A DNA stretch of 57,366 bases from Nitrospiraceae bacterium (GTDB lineage Bacteria > Nitrospirota > Nitrospiria > Nitrospirales > Nitrospiraceae), in contig JBBIQV010000015.1 in the NCBI GenBank assembly GCA_037442105.1, positions 1 to 57,366 on the forward strand, written 5' to 3'. The position numbers were made by a program, and so were the translations under genes. How positions within the stretch are numbered: the first letter of the stretch is position 1; every line of letters starts with the position of its first letter. Positions 8,564-18,500 of this stretch are shown here, piece after piece. The notes under the pieces are model-generated. The model was not told where the DNA came from and did no database searches. It worked only from the letters and a program-made list of their open reading frames with translations.

Positions 8564-8989
8564 TTACTTCTGCGTGAAAGCCCGTGTGGCGCGTAAACAT
8601 GGCCGGCAGAGTCCATAGAACTGCAGCAGCGCGAATGTGGCCACGATGTCCGCGACAATCCCCACGGTCCACTTGCCGGCAAGCGTCAACGGGATCGGGC
8701 CGGCAATCAACCATACGGCACTTCCGATCACCCAAGCCGTGTCGAGGCCGATGGCGGCCCAGACTTCGCGGCGATCCGGCGTCGGGCGGCGCGCGATCAT
8801 CACCAGCCAGAAGGCATAAAGAATCAGGCCTGGACCGATAGCCCTCAGCATCCAGGTCTGTCCTATGCCGAGAAACATCGCGATCGGTTGAGCGGCCACG
8901 AGGAACAGCATTCCGGATAGGCCGGAAAACAGCGCGTTGCCTCGGAGCGACGTGCGAAGCCATGTGGCGTGGTCTGCGGTGACGTTCAT
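8564..8989 (-). CDS. Four-TM membrane protein, hypothetical
   Basis: SD GGAGG before MNVTAD; four hydrophobic segments; LRGNALFSGLSG and DIVATFALLQ motifs. Confidence 0.75.
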   Translation of the reverse strand: MNVTADHATWLRTSLRGNALFSGLSGMLFLVAAQPIAMFLGIGQTWMLRAIGPGLILYAFWLVMIARRPTPDRREVWAAIGLDTAWVIGSAVWLIAGPIPLTLAGKWTVGIVADIVATFALLQFYGLCRPCLRATRAFTQK

Positions 8990-9013
8990 GGCAGTCCTCC
9001 CGGCTTGAGAGAA

Positions 9014-9028
9014 TTGGAACGATCGGTC
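9014..9028. promoter_or_regulatory. Putative TetR operator TTGGAACGATCGGTC
   Basis: Imperfect palindrome; 14/15 identical to the site at 9708-9722. Confidence 0.65.
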
Positions 9029-9062
9029 TGATACAGGGCAAACAATATCTTGCTTCCACACA

Positions 9063-9644
9063 TCACTCAAGAACCGAGAGCCCGGTCTCGACAATGTCTC
9101 GCATGGCTTCGGCCGGAGTCCCGGCTTTGTACATCACGATCACCCCTTGCATCATACCGGTGAGAAACCGGGCCAGCGCTCGCGGGTCTTGCCCCTTCTT
9201 CAACTCTGCTTGTTTCTTCGCGCGGACCAGCACCTTGTAATAGGCTTCTTCGATTCCCCCGAGCGCCCGCACCACCTTCTTCCCGATCTCCTTCTCGTGC
9301 GGCGAAAGTTCCATCGCGCTGTTGGCAATCAAGCAGCCTCTGCGCGTCCGGTCCGACAGCGCAAGCTCCAACATGCTGCGAATGGAGTGGCGAATGGCGT
9401 CAAGCGCGGGACCGGGACGATCCAGCAGCGACAAATGGTCGGTCATCATGCCCTGGCAATAGCGATCCAGGCAGGCGAGGAACAACTTCTGTTTGTCGCC
9501 GAACGTGTCGTAGAGCGAGCCGCGATTGATGTCCATCGCGGTCAGTAGGTCGTCGATGGAGGCGGCCTCATAGCCCTTGTGCCAGAAGACCTGCATGGCC
9601 TTGTCGAGCGCGTCGTCCGGATTGAATTCCTTGGGTCTCGCCAT
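9063..9644 (-). CDS. TetR family regulator (ComR/NemR-like)
   Basis: MARPKEF, FWHKGYEAAS, GSLYDTFGDK, GCLIANSAMEL. Confidence 0.93.
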   Translation of the reverse strand: MARPKEFNPDDALDKAMQVFWHKGYEAASIDDLLTAMDINRGSLYDTFGDKQKLFLACLDRYCQGMMTDHLSLLDRPGPALDAIRHSIRSMLELALSDRTRRGCLIANSAMELSPHEKEIGKKVVRALGGIEEAYYKVLVRAKKQAELKKGQDPRALARFLTGMMQGVIVMYKAGTPAEAMRDIVETGLSVLE

Positions 9645-9705
9645 CCCGGATTCCTCTCAACTCCTGCGTAACGCTTCACGTTTTACGGACTGATTATGTA
9701 ACACA

Positions 9706-9726
9706 TATTGGAACGAGCGGTCAATA
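9706..9726. promoter_or_regulatory. Putative TetR operator overlapping the tetR -35 (TTGACC, minus strand)
   Basis: TATTG-GAACGAGCGGT-CAATA dyad. Confidence 0.65.
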
Positions 9727-9848
9727 ATGAAAACGAGGGTGGCCTAATGAGGAGGGTTCTGCGTTCACGCAACGCACGGTCCCGGTGAGCCCTCGATGCG
9801 GTTTTTCCTGTGTAGCAAAGGAAAGAGCCGAGCTTGTAACCGAGGCCA

Positions 9849-11966
9849 TCACCGCAGGTGATCCACGTCGAAGGTAATGGGCGCTGAGAAGCCATTGCGG
9901 GTTGCGCCGAGAACAATTCTTACGGAAGTAGCATCCGATGGTGTCGTGTATTGAAACGGGAACGTTTGAAACCCGGGGGCAGAATGCTCTTGGCAGAGAG
10001 GGAACAGGTCTTGGTCGCGGATTCCGGAAGGGAGGCCATCACTTTTGAGGTAGCGTATGGTCACGAACACATGAGGACGCGTGGCTGAACAGGATCCGGA
10101 TGTCGAGTCGCCAGACCAGGCGAACCGCAGATTGGCGGTTGTGGTGTAAGCCGTGTTCGGGGACGCCTCAAGGATGGCGCTTGAGGCGATGATTCTAGCG
10201 TCCGCTCCGTTCCCCGTCGTCAGCCGCAGTACGTTCTGTCCTCGCGACGGGACCACTGGTTGGCCAGCTTCGCCGGCCAGGAAGTAACGGTTCGCCGTGC
10301 CGCTTCCATCGATCGTCCACTCGTCGGGCACTGTATCCAGATTGGCGTCACTCTCGAACGAGCCGTTTGGAATGGCAACAAGGTGGAATCCGCCCATGTC
10401 CATGACTTCTTTTTGAACGGGGTTGTAGACGAACTGCGTGCCTCGCCGTTTGACAGCATCGGCCTTGCCGGGGTCCAGATCTTCCGCGTTATCGATGTTG
10501 ACCCAATGCCAATATCCCCCACCGTCCACACCGTGTTTCTCCATGAGCGCAACGAGGCTCTCCAGCGCCCGTTCGGCCGGCCATGCTGATGTGACAGGCG
10601 GGAGAACTCCCATCTCCCCAGCCACTATTCGTGCGCCGTTGCCTTTTCCAACTGTTGCGAGCACTGCTTGCAATGTTTGGTCGGCCCACGTATGCGGTTC
10701 CACATCGGGCCCACAAGGGAGATTGCGGGCCGTAGAGCACTTAAAATGTTCGTAAAATGACAAAGCATAGGTACGTTCGCGATCGGGGATGCCCAGATCG
10801 TCAAAAATTTTCTTCAGCACGACGATCGGGCTCCATAGGTGGCGATCGGTCGCGTCCGGCCCCGCCGCCGGCTGACTGTCCAGGAAGAAGTCTCCGACAA
10901 CGGCTTCGGCGGACAATTTGCGCGAGGGAATTCCCAGCGAGAGAGCATAGCCGATAGCCCACCGAACATAATTGGCCGGCGCAGAGGCGGGGCCAAGCCA
11001 AAGAGGTGGTTCCGCTGGGACTCCACAAGCATCCCCTGTCCCATTGCCATCGGTATCTACCAGATGCGTCGTGCCGTTAAAAAGCACCAGATTGACTGCG
11101 GGGTGGTTCTTCACGATGTTGAGGATCGCTCCGAGCCATGCCTGCGAATTGGTCGGAGGCTGTTCCTCCATATGAGTATCCGTAAAGCCCAGGATGACCC
11201 GCATCCCTTTTTGCCGCACAAGATCCAAAAACACCGGGAGGTTGGCGAGTTCCGTCTGAGTGGGCTGGGGCCATCGGAACCCTAAAACCGGTGGGATGTT
11301 GCAACCGGGCGGCACGAATCCTCCCGAAATAAAGACTGGATCAGCAGTGCGAAGCTCAATTGTAATTGCATTGACACCCATCTCACGCATCTTGTCGAGC
11401 TGGAGAGCTACCTCATCTTTCACGGTTCCTCCAACAACTGAGTCGAAAGTAGAGAAATCCTGGATGACCTGACCGGGCCAATATTCGGAAGCCCAACCGC
11501 GCCGTTCGAACTGGGTCCAGAGGCCCCGGAAAGGCACGAGGAACCTGCCGATTTCTACCGGTTTCCCGACCGGGGTGAACATGGCAGTGACGGAGGCATC
11601 AGTCTTCATCGTCATGGTGCAGGAACCTGCCCCGCTACATGCTCCTCTCCATCCACTAAACACCGAATCAGAGGCCGGGAGTGGTGTCAATGAGACGACC
11701 GTGTTCTCACGATACGTCTGCTGGCAAGTGCTTGGGCAGTATGTTGATCCGGCATCGCTCGTGATTGTTCCACTGCCAGATCCGATTCTGGCGAGAGTCA
11801 GCGTGAATGTCGGGGATGGAGGAGGGGATGTTCCGCCGCTCGATCCTCCGTCGCTGCTGCCTCCGGCAGTACAGGCTTGAGCAATCGAAACCCACAGAAG
11901 AGCAACGAGGAGAGAGATGTATCGACGGCGGAAAGCCATTTGCTGCATCCTCGCGTAAAGGGGCAC
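9849..11966 (-). CDS. Secreted multidomain protein: signal + Gly/Ser/Pro linker + divergent InlB B-repeat + GH-A-like TIM barrel + CBM4/9-like domain
   Basis: GSGSGTITS..C...C...FSGWRGAC repeat; MREMGVNAITI, IVAGEMG, GGGYWHW barrel motifs; NGSFE...FDVD CBM pattern. The start may be 11939. Confidence 0.7.
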   Translation of the reverse strand: MPLYARMQQMAFRRRYISLLVALLWVSIAQACTAGGSSDGGSSGGTSPPPSPTFTLTLARIGSGSGTITSDAGSTYCPSTCQQTYRENTVVSLTPLPASDSVFSGWRGACSGAGSCTMTMKTDASVTAMFTPVGKPVEIGRFLVPFRGLWTQFERRGWASEYWPGQVIQDFSTFDSVVGGTVKDEVALQLDKMREMGVNAITIELRTADPVFISGGFVPPGCNIPPVLGFRWPQPTQTELANLPVFLDLVRQKGMRVILGFTDTHMEEQPPTNSQAWLGAILNIVKNHPAVNLVLFNGTTHLVDTDGNGTGDACGVPAEPPLWLGPASAPANYVRWAIGYALSLGIPSRKLSAEAVVGDFFLDSQPAAGPDATDRHLWSPIVVLKKIFDDLGIPDRERTYALSFYEHFKCSTARNLPCGPDVEPHTWADQTLQAVLATVGKGNGARIVAGEMGVLPPVTSAWPAERALESLVALMEKHGVDGGGYWHWVNIDNAEDLDPGKADAVKRRGTQFVYNPVQKEVMDMGGFHLVAIPNGSFESDANLDTVPDEWTIDGSGTANRYFLAGEAGQPVVPSRGQNVLRLTTGNGADARIIASSAILEASPNTAYTTTANLRFAWSGDSTSGSCSATRPHVFVTIRYLKSDGLPSGIRDQDLFPLCQEHSAPGFQTFPFQYTTPSDATSVRIVLGATRNGFSAPITFDVDHLR

Positions 11967-12075
11967 CTAGGGGACTAATTATAAGCATTGTGAAACGGAA
12001 AAATCAGCCTGCATTGGCGGGCATGATTCTCTGCGGGCGATGGGGCGGACGATGGGAACGAGCAGAGGTGAGTGC

Positions 12076-12519
12076 TCAGGGGCGGGGAGTCGGGAGGGGG
12101 CTATAGGTTTTCAGCAGGTCTCTCCAACTGAGAATGCCCTCAACCGTTCCGTCTTCCGTGACGACCGGGAGGCAGGATACTTTTTTCTCGATCAGTAGTT
12201 GGGTGGCGCTCTCGACGGTAGTGTTGATTCTCACCGTGATGGGATTTCGGCTCATGATCTGGTGGGCGCGTTTGTTCAGCGTCGCGCGGTCTCGGTCTGT
12301 CTCGGAGAGTGTGCCGATATAGGGGCTGATCGCTTTGAGCAGGTCTCGGTCGGAGATGATTCCAACCAGTCGTCTCTGCTCCACGACCAGGAGATGGTGA
12401 AAGCGGAGTTGAGTAAACAGCTCTCGCGCCTTGGCAAGGGTATCGTCCATCGTGACCGTCACCACTCGCCGGGACATGATTGCTCCCACGGTCGGACTTC
12501 GGGGGACTGGATTCGTCAT
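12076..12519 (-). CDS. Tandem CBS-domain protein
   Basis: Two CBS repeats: VGAIMS..LVGIISDRD and IMSRNP..LPVV..GILSWRD. Confidence 0.92.
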   Translation of the reverse strand: MTNPVPRSPTVGAIMSRRVVTVTMDDTLAKARELFTQLRFHHLLVVEQRRLVGIISDRDLLKAISPYIGTLSETDRDRATLNKRAHQIMSRNPITVRINTTVESATQLLIEKKVSCLPVVTEDGTVEGILSWRDLLKTYSPLPTPRP

Positions 12520-12786
12520 TCGCTTCCAACGATTCCGCTACGTTATCGAGATATCCGGGAGCGACGCCGCTCGTGCATGCTGTCACCGATTCAACATTGT
12601 CATTATCGGCGACATTCGGCAGGTTCTTAACCCGTTTGCCTGTGCTATTGTATGGTGACTGATTAAGGCGGGGCCTGGTTATAACCGGCCGCAATTCGCG
12701 CGACAGTTTTTCTCCGCCGGTCTCTGAGTTTGATGCGAAGATGAAAAAGCCGGCGGATCACACGAGGTTTGTTATGGAGGATCATC

Positions 12787-13737
12787 ATGGCTGACAAGAA
12801 GATCATCGCGGTTGTAGGGGCCACCGGTGCGCAGGGTGGCGGATTAGTCCGCGCGATCATGAACGGTACGGGCAGCGGCTTCACGGCGCGCGCGCTTACA
12901 CGCGACGTGAATTCGGACAAAGCCAAGGCGCTCGCCAAGCTGGGGGCTGAGATAGTCGCGGCCAATTTGGACGACGCCGAAAGCGTGAAACGAGCATTCG
13001 CTGGTGCGTACGGGGCCTTCTGCCTGACGAATTTTTGGGAACACTTCTCGCCGGAGAAAGAATTTGCTCAGGCGAAGACCATGGCAGAGGCGGCGAAACG
13101 GACCGATCTCCGGCACGTCGTCTGGTCTACCCTCGAAGATACGCGCCAATGGATTCCACTCAGCGACAACCGCATGCCCACCCTCATGGGCAAGTACAAA
13201 GTGCCGCACTTCGACGCCAAAGGCGAGGCCAACAAGGTGTTCACCGAGCTGGGTGTGCCTACCACGTTCCTGCTCACATCATTTTACTGGGACAACATGA
13301 TTCACTTCGGCATGGGGCCGAAGAAAGGCCCGGACGGCAAGCTGGCGTTTACCCTGCCTATGGGCGACAAAAAGCTCCCGGGCATTGCGGCCGAGGACAT
13401 CGGCAAGTGCGCCCTCGGCATCTTCAAGAAGGGCCGCGAGTTCATCGGCAAGACTGTGGGCATCGCCGGCGAACACTTGACCGGCGCGCAGATGGCGGCT
13501 GCGCTCGCCAGAGCGATCGGGCAAGAGGTGCGCTATAACGATGTGCCGCCGGAGGTCTATCGAGGTTTTGGATTCCCCGGGGCTGAGGATCTCGGCAACA
13601 TGTTTCAGTTCAAGCGCGACTTCGAGCAGGTCTTCTGCGGGGCGCGGAACCTGGCCGTGGCGCGTTCTCTCAACCCATCGCTCCAAACGTTTGAGGCGTG
13701 GTTGGCCCGGAACAAGCACCGCATCCCGCTTGACTAG
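12787..13737 (+). CDS. NmrA/HSCARG family protein
   Basis: VVGATGAQGG, VPHFDAKGE, EDIG; SD GGAGG. Confidence 0.93.
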   Translation: MADKKIIAVVGATGAQGGGLVRAIMNGTGSGFTARALTRDVNSDKAKALAKLGAEIVAANLDDAESVKRAFAGAYGAFCLTNFWEHFSPEKEFAQAKTMAEAAKRTDLRHVVWSTLEDTRQWIPLSDNRMPTLMGKYKVPHFDAKGEANKVFTELGVPTTFLLTSFYWDNMIHFGMGPKKGPDGKLAFTLPMGDKKLPGIAAEDIGKCALGIFKKGREFIGKTVGIAGEHLTGAQMAAALARAIGQEVRYNDVPPEVYRGFGFPGAEDLGNMFQFKRDFEQVFCGARNLAVARSLNPSLQTFEAWLARNKHRIPLD

Positions 13738-13903
13738 CGCGCATTATTCATGAGCACTTCTGCTGCAAACACCAAGGAGCGAGTAGCCGGTAACGAACAG
13801 CGAGCAGCGAGCAGCTTGTCGATCAACATTTCTGAGCTATGTGCTATGAGCTATTCGCTGCCGGCTTCGGCCGCGACGAACCGTCATGAATAATGCGCGC
13901 TAG
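13734..13903. mobile_element. 170-bp MITE-like element with 20-bp perfect terminal inverted repeats
   Basis: CTAGCGCGCATTATTCATGA (13734-13753) and its reverse complement (13884-13903); non-coding interior with inverted heptamer arrays. Confidence 0.8.
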
Positions 13904-14010
13904 CGGCAGGGCGAATAAAGGCTTAAGGCCCACTTCGAGACCGCCTATCCCATGCAGTTCCTCCCGAACGTGTTAGAATCCGATCCAACTGCCACGAGCG
14001 AGCTGCGCCC

Positions 14011-15474
14011 ATGATCCTCTCATTCGTCATTCTCTATCTGCTCGTATCGGTGGGAATCGGGCTCTATGCCGCGACGAGAGTCCACACTACGAAGGACTTC
14101 GCGGTCGCCGGCCGCTGCTTGCCGCTGCCGGTAGTCACGGCGACGGTGTTCGCCACCTGGTTCGGTGCCGAGACCGTGCTCGGCATCTCCGCGACTTTCG
14201 TCAAGGACGGGTTGCGTGCGGTGGTGGCCGACCCATTCGGTTCCAGCCTGTGCTTGATCCTCGCAGGGCTTTTCTTCGCCCGGCGCTTCTACCGCCTGAA
14301 CCTACTCACCATCGGCGACTACTATCGGATTCGCTACAACCGCACGGTGGAGGTGCTATGCACCCTCTGTATCGTTGCCTCCTACCTTGGCTGGGTTTCG
14401 GCGCAGATTAAGGCCATCGGGTTGGTCTTCAATGTGGTCACGGACGGTTCGGTGAGCCAGCACGTGGGCATGATCATTGGCGTGGCGATCGTGCTCACCT
14501 ACACGACCTTCGGTGGCATGTTTTCGGTGGCGATTCTCGACTTCGTCCAGATCACGGTGATCATGGGAGGGATGCTCTACATAGGCTCCGTGATCAGCGG
14601 CCTTACGGGCGGCGTCGGGGTGGTGATCGATCACGCCGCTTCGGCCGGCAAGCTGGCGTTCTTCCCCACCGCGACACTCGACGCCTGGATTCCCTTCATC
14701 GGCGCATGGATCACCATGATGCTCGGCTCGATCCCGCAGCAGGACGTGTTCCAGCGCATCACGTCGGCAAAGGACGAGCAGACCGCTGTACGGGGGTCGG
14801 TGCTGGGCGGTTCGCTTTATTTCCTGTTCGCCTTCGTGCCCATGTTCCTCGCCTATTCGGCGACGCTGGTGGAACCGGCGAAGTTCAACGCCTTGTTGGG
14901 ACGGGACTCGCAACTGGTGCTGCCGACTTTGATTCTCCAGCACACGCCGATGTTCGCCCAGATCATTTTCTTCGGCGCCGTGCTCTCCGCCATCATGAGT
15001 TGCTCGAGTGCCACGCTGCTGGCGCCGTCGGTGGCTTTCAGCGAGAACGTCGTCAAGGGGATGTTCTCGGGCATGAGCGACCGTACGTTCCTGCGGATCA
15101 TGCGCACGGTGCTGGCCTGCTTCGCCGCCGTGGTGCTCGCGTTCGCGCTCAATTCCGAGGCGAGCATCTTCAAGATGGTGGAGAACGCTTACAAAGTCAC
15201 GTTGGTGGCCGCCTTCATCCCGCTGTTCGCCGGCCTCTACTGGTCACGGGCCAATACGCAGGGAGCGTTGCTCGCCATCGTCGCCGGCCTTACCACGTGG
15301 GTCGGGCTGGAGTTGTTTGGGCTGCCGGGCGCCGTGTGGCCGCCGCAAGTGGTGGGATTCCTCATGGCCGGGGCCGGCATGCTCGCCGGCTCGTTCCTGC
15401 CTCAGTGGGTGGGCCGGCCCGCGCTTCAAGCCGGCGCCCAGGTGTCCGGTGATGAAGTGAGAGGACAAGCCTGA
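14011..15474 (+). CDS. Sodium:solute symporter family protein
   Basis: DFAVAGR, ATWFGAET, YTTFGGMFSVAILDFVQ, QQDVFQR, SAIMS; many TM segments. Confidence 0.93.
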   Translation: MILSFVILYLLVSVGIGLYAATRVHTTKDFAVAGRCLPLPVVTATVFATWFGAETVLGISATFVKDGLRAVVADPFGSSLCLILAGLFFARRFYRLNLLTIGDYYRIRYNRTVEVLCTLCIVASYLGWVSAQIKAIGLVFNVVTDGSVSQHVGMIIGVAIVLTYTTFGGMFSVAILDFVQITVIMGGMLYIGSVISGLTGGVGVVIDHAASAGKLAFFPTATLDAWIPFIGAWITMMLGSIPQQDVFQRITSAKDEQTAVRGSVLGGSLYFLFAFVPMFLAYSATLVEPAKFNALLGRDSQLVLPTLILQHTPMFAQIIFFGAVLSAIMSCSSATLLAPSVAFSENVVKGMFSGMSDRTFLRIMRTVLACFAAVVLAFALNSEASIFKMVENAYKVTLVAAFIPLFAGLYWSRANTQGALLAIVAGLTTWVGLELFGLPGAVWPPQVVGFLMAGAGMLAGSFLPQWVGRPALQAGAQVSGDEVRGQA

Positions 15475-15533
15475 CGGTTGACTTGTGGCCAAGCGGCGCG
15501 ACGGTGATCGGGGTGACGCGGTTGCGACGGTGG

Positions 15534-17807
15534 ATGAAACAGAGTCTGCTTGTCGTATTGGGGGTTATGGCCGTGGTCGCGCTCGGCCTTGGTCTCTACG
15601 GGGTGGTCCTGTCTGCAACATTGGCCTTGCCAAAGAGCGAGGTCCATCCGCCGCTGCTGGTGTATGGCGGCCCCTTTCTGCTCCAACCCAACCTGCAGAT
15701 TCAGGAAGCACATCTACTCGAACGGCTGGATCGCCTGGGCTATCGGCCGGTAGCGCACGGCATCGCGCATCCCGGTGAGTTCCGGCAGACAGATGAGGCG
15801 GTCGACATCTACCTGCACGAATTTCCCGATCTCCAGATGAAGGCCGCCCCGATCAGACTGTGGTTGGAGCAGGGAAAGGTGACGGCTATCACTTCGCTCG
15901 AATCCGGCGACGAACTGTTTCCCGTGTCGCTCGAGCCCCAACTCATCAGCGGGCTGCGCGGAGAATCTCGGCAGATCCGCGAGTGGATTCCCTTGACCGA
16001 GATTCCCCCCCAGGTCGTGGACACGCTGCTCCTCATCGAAGACCGGCGCTTTTATTCGCATCCCGGCATCGATCCCTTCGCCGTTGGGCGCGCCCTCTGG
16101 GCGAATTTCACGAAGGGGGGCGTCCTGCAAGGGGGCAGTACGATTACCCAGCAACTGGCGAAGAATCTCTTTTACTCTCCCCAGCGAACCTGGACCCGGA
16201 AGCTCAAAGAGTCCGTCGCCGCCTTCGTGCTTGAAGCAAAGTACCGAAAGCGGGACATCCTCGAAAGCTACCTCAACGAGATCTACCTGGGGCAAGTCGG
16301 CTCCGTGTCCGTATATGGGGTGGGAGAGGCCGCGCGCCGCTATTTCGGGAAGGGGCTACAAGAACTGACGATCGAAGAAACGGCGTTGATCGTCGGGATG
16401 ATCAAGGGTCCTAATGCCTATTCGCCGATCCGGAACCCGATGCTGTCCAAAGAACGACGGGACGTGGTCCTGCGCCGCCTGCACGACGAAGGGTTGCTGA
16501 CCGACGACCAGTGGCAGGTGGCGGTGAACAAGCCGGTGCAAGTCGCTCGGACATACACCGGCTTGGCGGATGCGTCCTACTTCGTCGATTACCTGATGGG
16601 TCTGTCGGAGGAGACAACGGGTATGGCGCTCCCCGACGGCACCCGGGTCTACACCACTTTGGATCCGGTGCTGCAGCGATTGGCGGTCGAGGCGCTGACG
16701 AAGGGGCTCGCAAAGCTGGAAGACGCCTATTCTTACTTGAAGCGGCCCAACGAATCTCTGCAGGGCGCGCTGATCGCGTTGGACCCGAAGACCGGCAGGA
16801 TACTGGCGATGGTCGGTGGGCGGGACTATCGCGCCAGTCAATTCAACCGCGCGGTACAGGCTAAACGGCAACCAGGCTCGCTCTTTAAGCCGCTGGTCTA
16901 TCTTACGGCTTTTGAATCAGGACGCGAGGCGAGCGGCCGCGCTTTCACACCGGCAAGTCTGGTGGCGGATGAGCCGGTGACCTTCGAGGCGAAAGCCGGG
17001 AACTGGTCGCCCCAAAATTACGACCGCCGGTTTCGCGGCAGCGTCACGCTCCGCACGGCGCTGGAGCAATCACTCAACGTGCCGGTTGTCCGCCTGGCGC
17101 AGGAGGTCGGCGCCAAGCGCATTATCCGTCTGGCGCACGGTCTCGGGATTCAGAGTCCCTTAGCGGAGAATCTGTCCATCGCGCTCGGCAGCACGGCGGT
17201 ATCGCTGCTGGAAGTCACGTCGGCCTACGGTGCGTTAGCCAACGGCGGGGTGGCCATCGCGCCGACACCGATTCGCGAAGTCGTTTCGGCGGCGGGTGCT
17301 CCGCTCTGGCACGCAGTCACGCAACGGCATCAAGCCGTGTCTCCGCAAGCTGCGTATCTGGTGACGTCTCTGCTCAAGGGCGTCGTCGAACGGGGCACGG
17401 CGGCCAAGACCAGGGTTATGGGGTTGCGGGCGATTATGGCAGGCAAGACGGGTACGACCGATGCCTACCGCGATGCCTGGTTTGTCGGATATACGCCGGA
17501 TGTGGTGGTCGGCGTCTGGGTCGGCTTCGATGACGAGCAACCGGTGCGTCTCAGCGGGGCGCAAGCAGCGCTTCCGATCTGGGCGGAATTTGTACGCCAG
17601 GTCATCCCGGCCGATTCACCCGATTTCGTGGCACCGCCGGGCGTGGTGGTGCGAGAGATCGATCCCATCACCGGTCAACTCGCCACCTCGAAGTGTCCCG
17701 AACGTCTGCCGGAAGTGTTCATCGAGGGGACCGAACCGACCGTCTACTGCGAGGTACATGGGGAAGGATTCTGGGAGCGGCTCAAGCACGCTTTCGGTTT
17801 CTCCTAG
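15534..17807 (+). CDS. mrcB: Class A penicillin-binding protein (PBP1b-like)
   Basis: UB2H-like LDRLGYR; transglycosylase EDRRFYSH and GGSTITQQLAKN; transpeptidase SLFK, SLN, KTGT. Confidence 0.9.
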   Translation: MKQSLLVVLGVMAVVALGLGLYGVVLSATLALPKSEVHPPLLVYGGPFLLQPNLQIQEAHLLERLDRLGYRPVAHGIAHPGEFRQTDEAVDIYLHEFPDLQMKAAPIRLWLEQGKVTAITSLESGDELFPVSLEPQLISGLRGESRQIREWIPLTEIPPQVVDTLLLIEDRRFYSHPGIDPFAVGRALWANFTKGGVLQGGSTITQQLAKNLFYSPQRTWTRKLKESVAAFVLEAKYRKRDILESYLNEIYLGQVGSVSVYGVGEAARRYFGKGLQELTIEETALIVGMIKGPNAYSPIRNPMLSKERRDVVLRRLHDEGLLTDDQWQVAVNKPVQVARTYTGLADASYFVDYLMGLSEETTGMALPDGTRVYTTLDPVLQRLAVEALTKGLAKLEDAYSYLKRPNESLQGALIALDPKTGRILAMVGGRDYRASQFNRAVQAKRQPGSLFKPLVYLTAFESGREASGRAFTPASLVADEPVTFEAKAGNWSPQNYDRRFRGSVTLRTALEQSLNVPVVRLAQEVGAKRIIRLAHGLGIQSPLAENLSIALGSTAVSLLEVTSAYGALANGGVAIAPTPIREVVSAAGAPLWHAVTQRHQAVSPQAAYLVTSLLKGVVERGTAAKTRVMGLRAIMAGKTGTTDAYRDAWFVGYTPDVVVGVWVGFDDEQPVRLSGAQAALPIWAEFVRQVIPADSPDFVAPPGVVVREIDPITGQLATSKCPERLPEVFIEGTEPTVYCEVHGEGFWERLKHAFGFS

Positions 17808-17898
17808 GTCAAGCAACCGGCCTGGTGTACCCTGAAACGGTCCGCTCAGGCCGCCATCTGCCTGATCGTCGAGGACCATTTGCCGGGGGGAAGGGGCG

Positions 17899-18342
17899 AT
17901 GAAAAAAAACGGGTACCTGGAAGACGGAAATATCACGCTGCTGGCTAAGGGAGTGGAACTCAAGGGAGAAATCCGCGTCGAAGGGACTGTACGCATCGAT
18001 GGCCGACTCGACGGCATCATTCAGACCAAAGGGACCGTCGTGGTCGGCGAAGAAGGTGTGGTCAAAGGCACCGTCAACGCCGGGACACTGATCAGCAGCG
18101 GAAAAATCCAGGCGACCATCACGGCGAGCGACAAGGTCCAGCTCTTGAAAACCAGCATCCTCATGGGAGAAGTCCATGCACCGGTGTTCTCGATGGAAGA
18201 GGGCGCCAAATTCCAGGGACAATCCGATATGGGCGTCTCCTCGTGGGTTGAGGAACCGCCCAAACTGCCCGGCAACGTGCGCGAACTCCCCCACCATCGT
18301 AATCGCGGCGTCCCGCTGCTGGACAAAGAACCAGATCTGTAG
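17899..18342 (+). CDS. Bactofilin (polymer-forming cytoskeletal protein)
   Basis: KGVELKGEI, RIDGRLDG, EEGAKFQG beta-helix pattern. Confidence 0.9.
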   Translation: MKKNGYLEDGNITLLAKGVELKGEIRVEGTVRIDGRLDGIIQTKGTVVVGEEGVVKGTVNAGTLISSGKIQATITASDKVQLLKTSILMGEVHAPVFSMEEGAKFQGQSDMGVSSWVEEPPKLPGNVRELPHHRNRGVPLLDKEPDL

Positions 18343-18431
18343 ACGCATTATTCTACCCTGAGTTTTTTGCTATTGGCTGTTCGCTATTCGCTCAGCTCAC
18401 AGCTCCGCGCGACGAACCGTCATGAATAATG
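18340..18431. mobile_element. Second, degenerate copy of the MITE-like element
   Basis: Left end TAGACGCATTATTC; 18408-18431 is identical over 24 nt to 13872-13895. Confidence 0.7.
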
Positions 18432-18500
18432 TGGAGCGTGACAACCTGTGGTCTTTCTGTTATGTACGCCCCGTGCACGCACTGGTGCTTGCCTTCTTCT

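Noticed and set aside
1..13737. Prophage, integron or retroelement as the cause of the mosaic region
   Set aside because: No integrase, reverse transcriptase, phage genes or attC-like repeats were seen.
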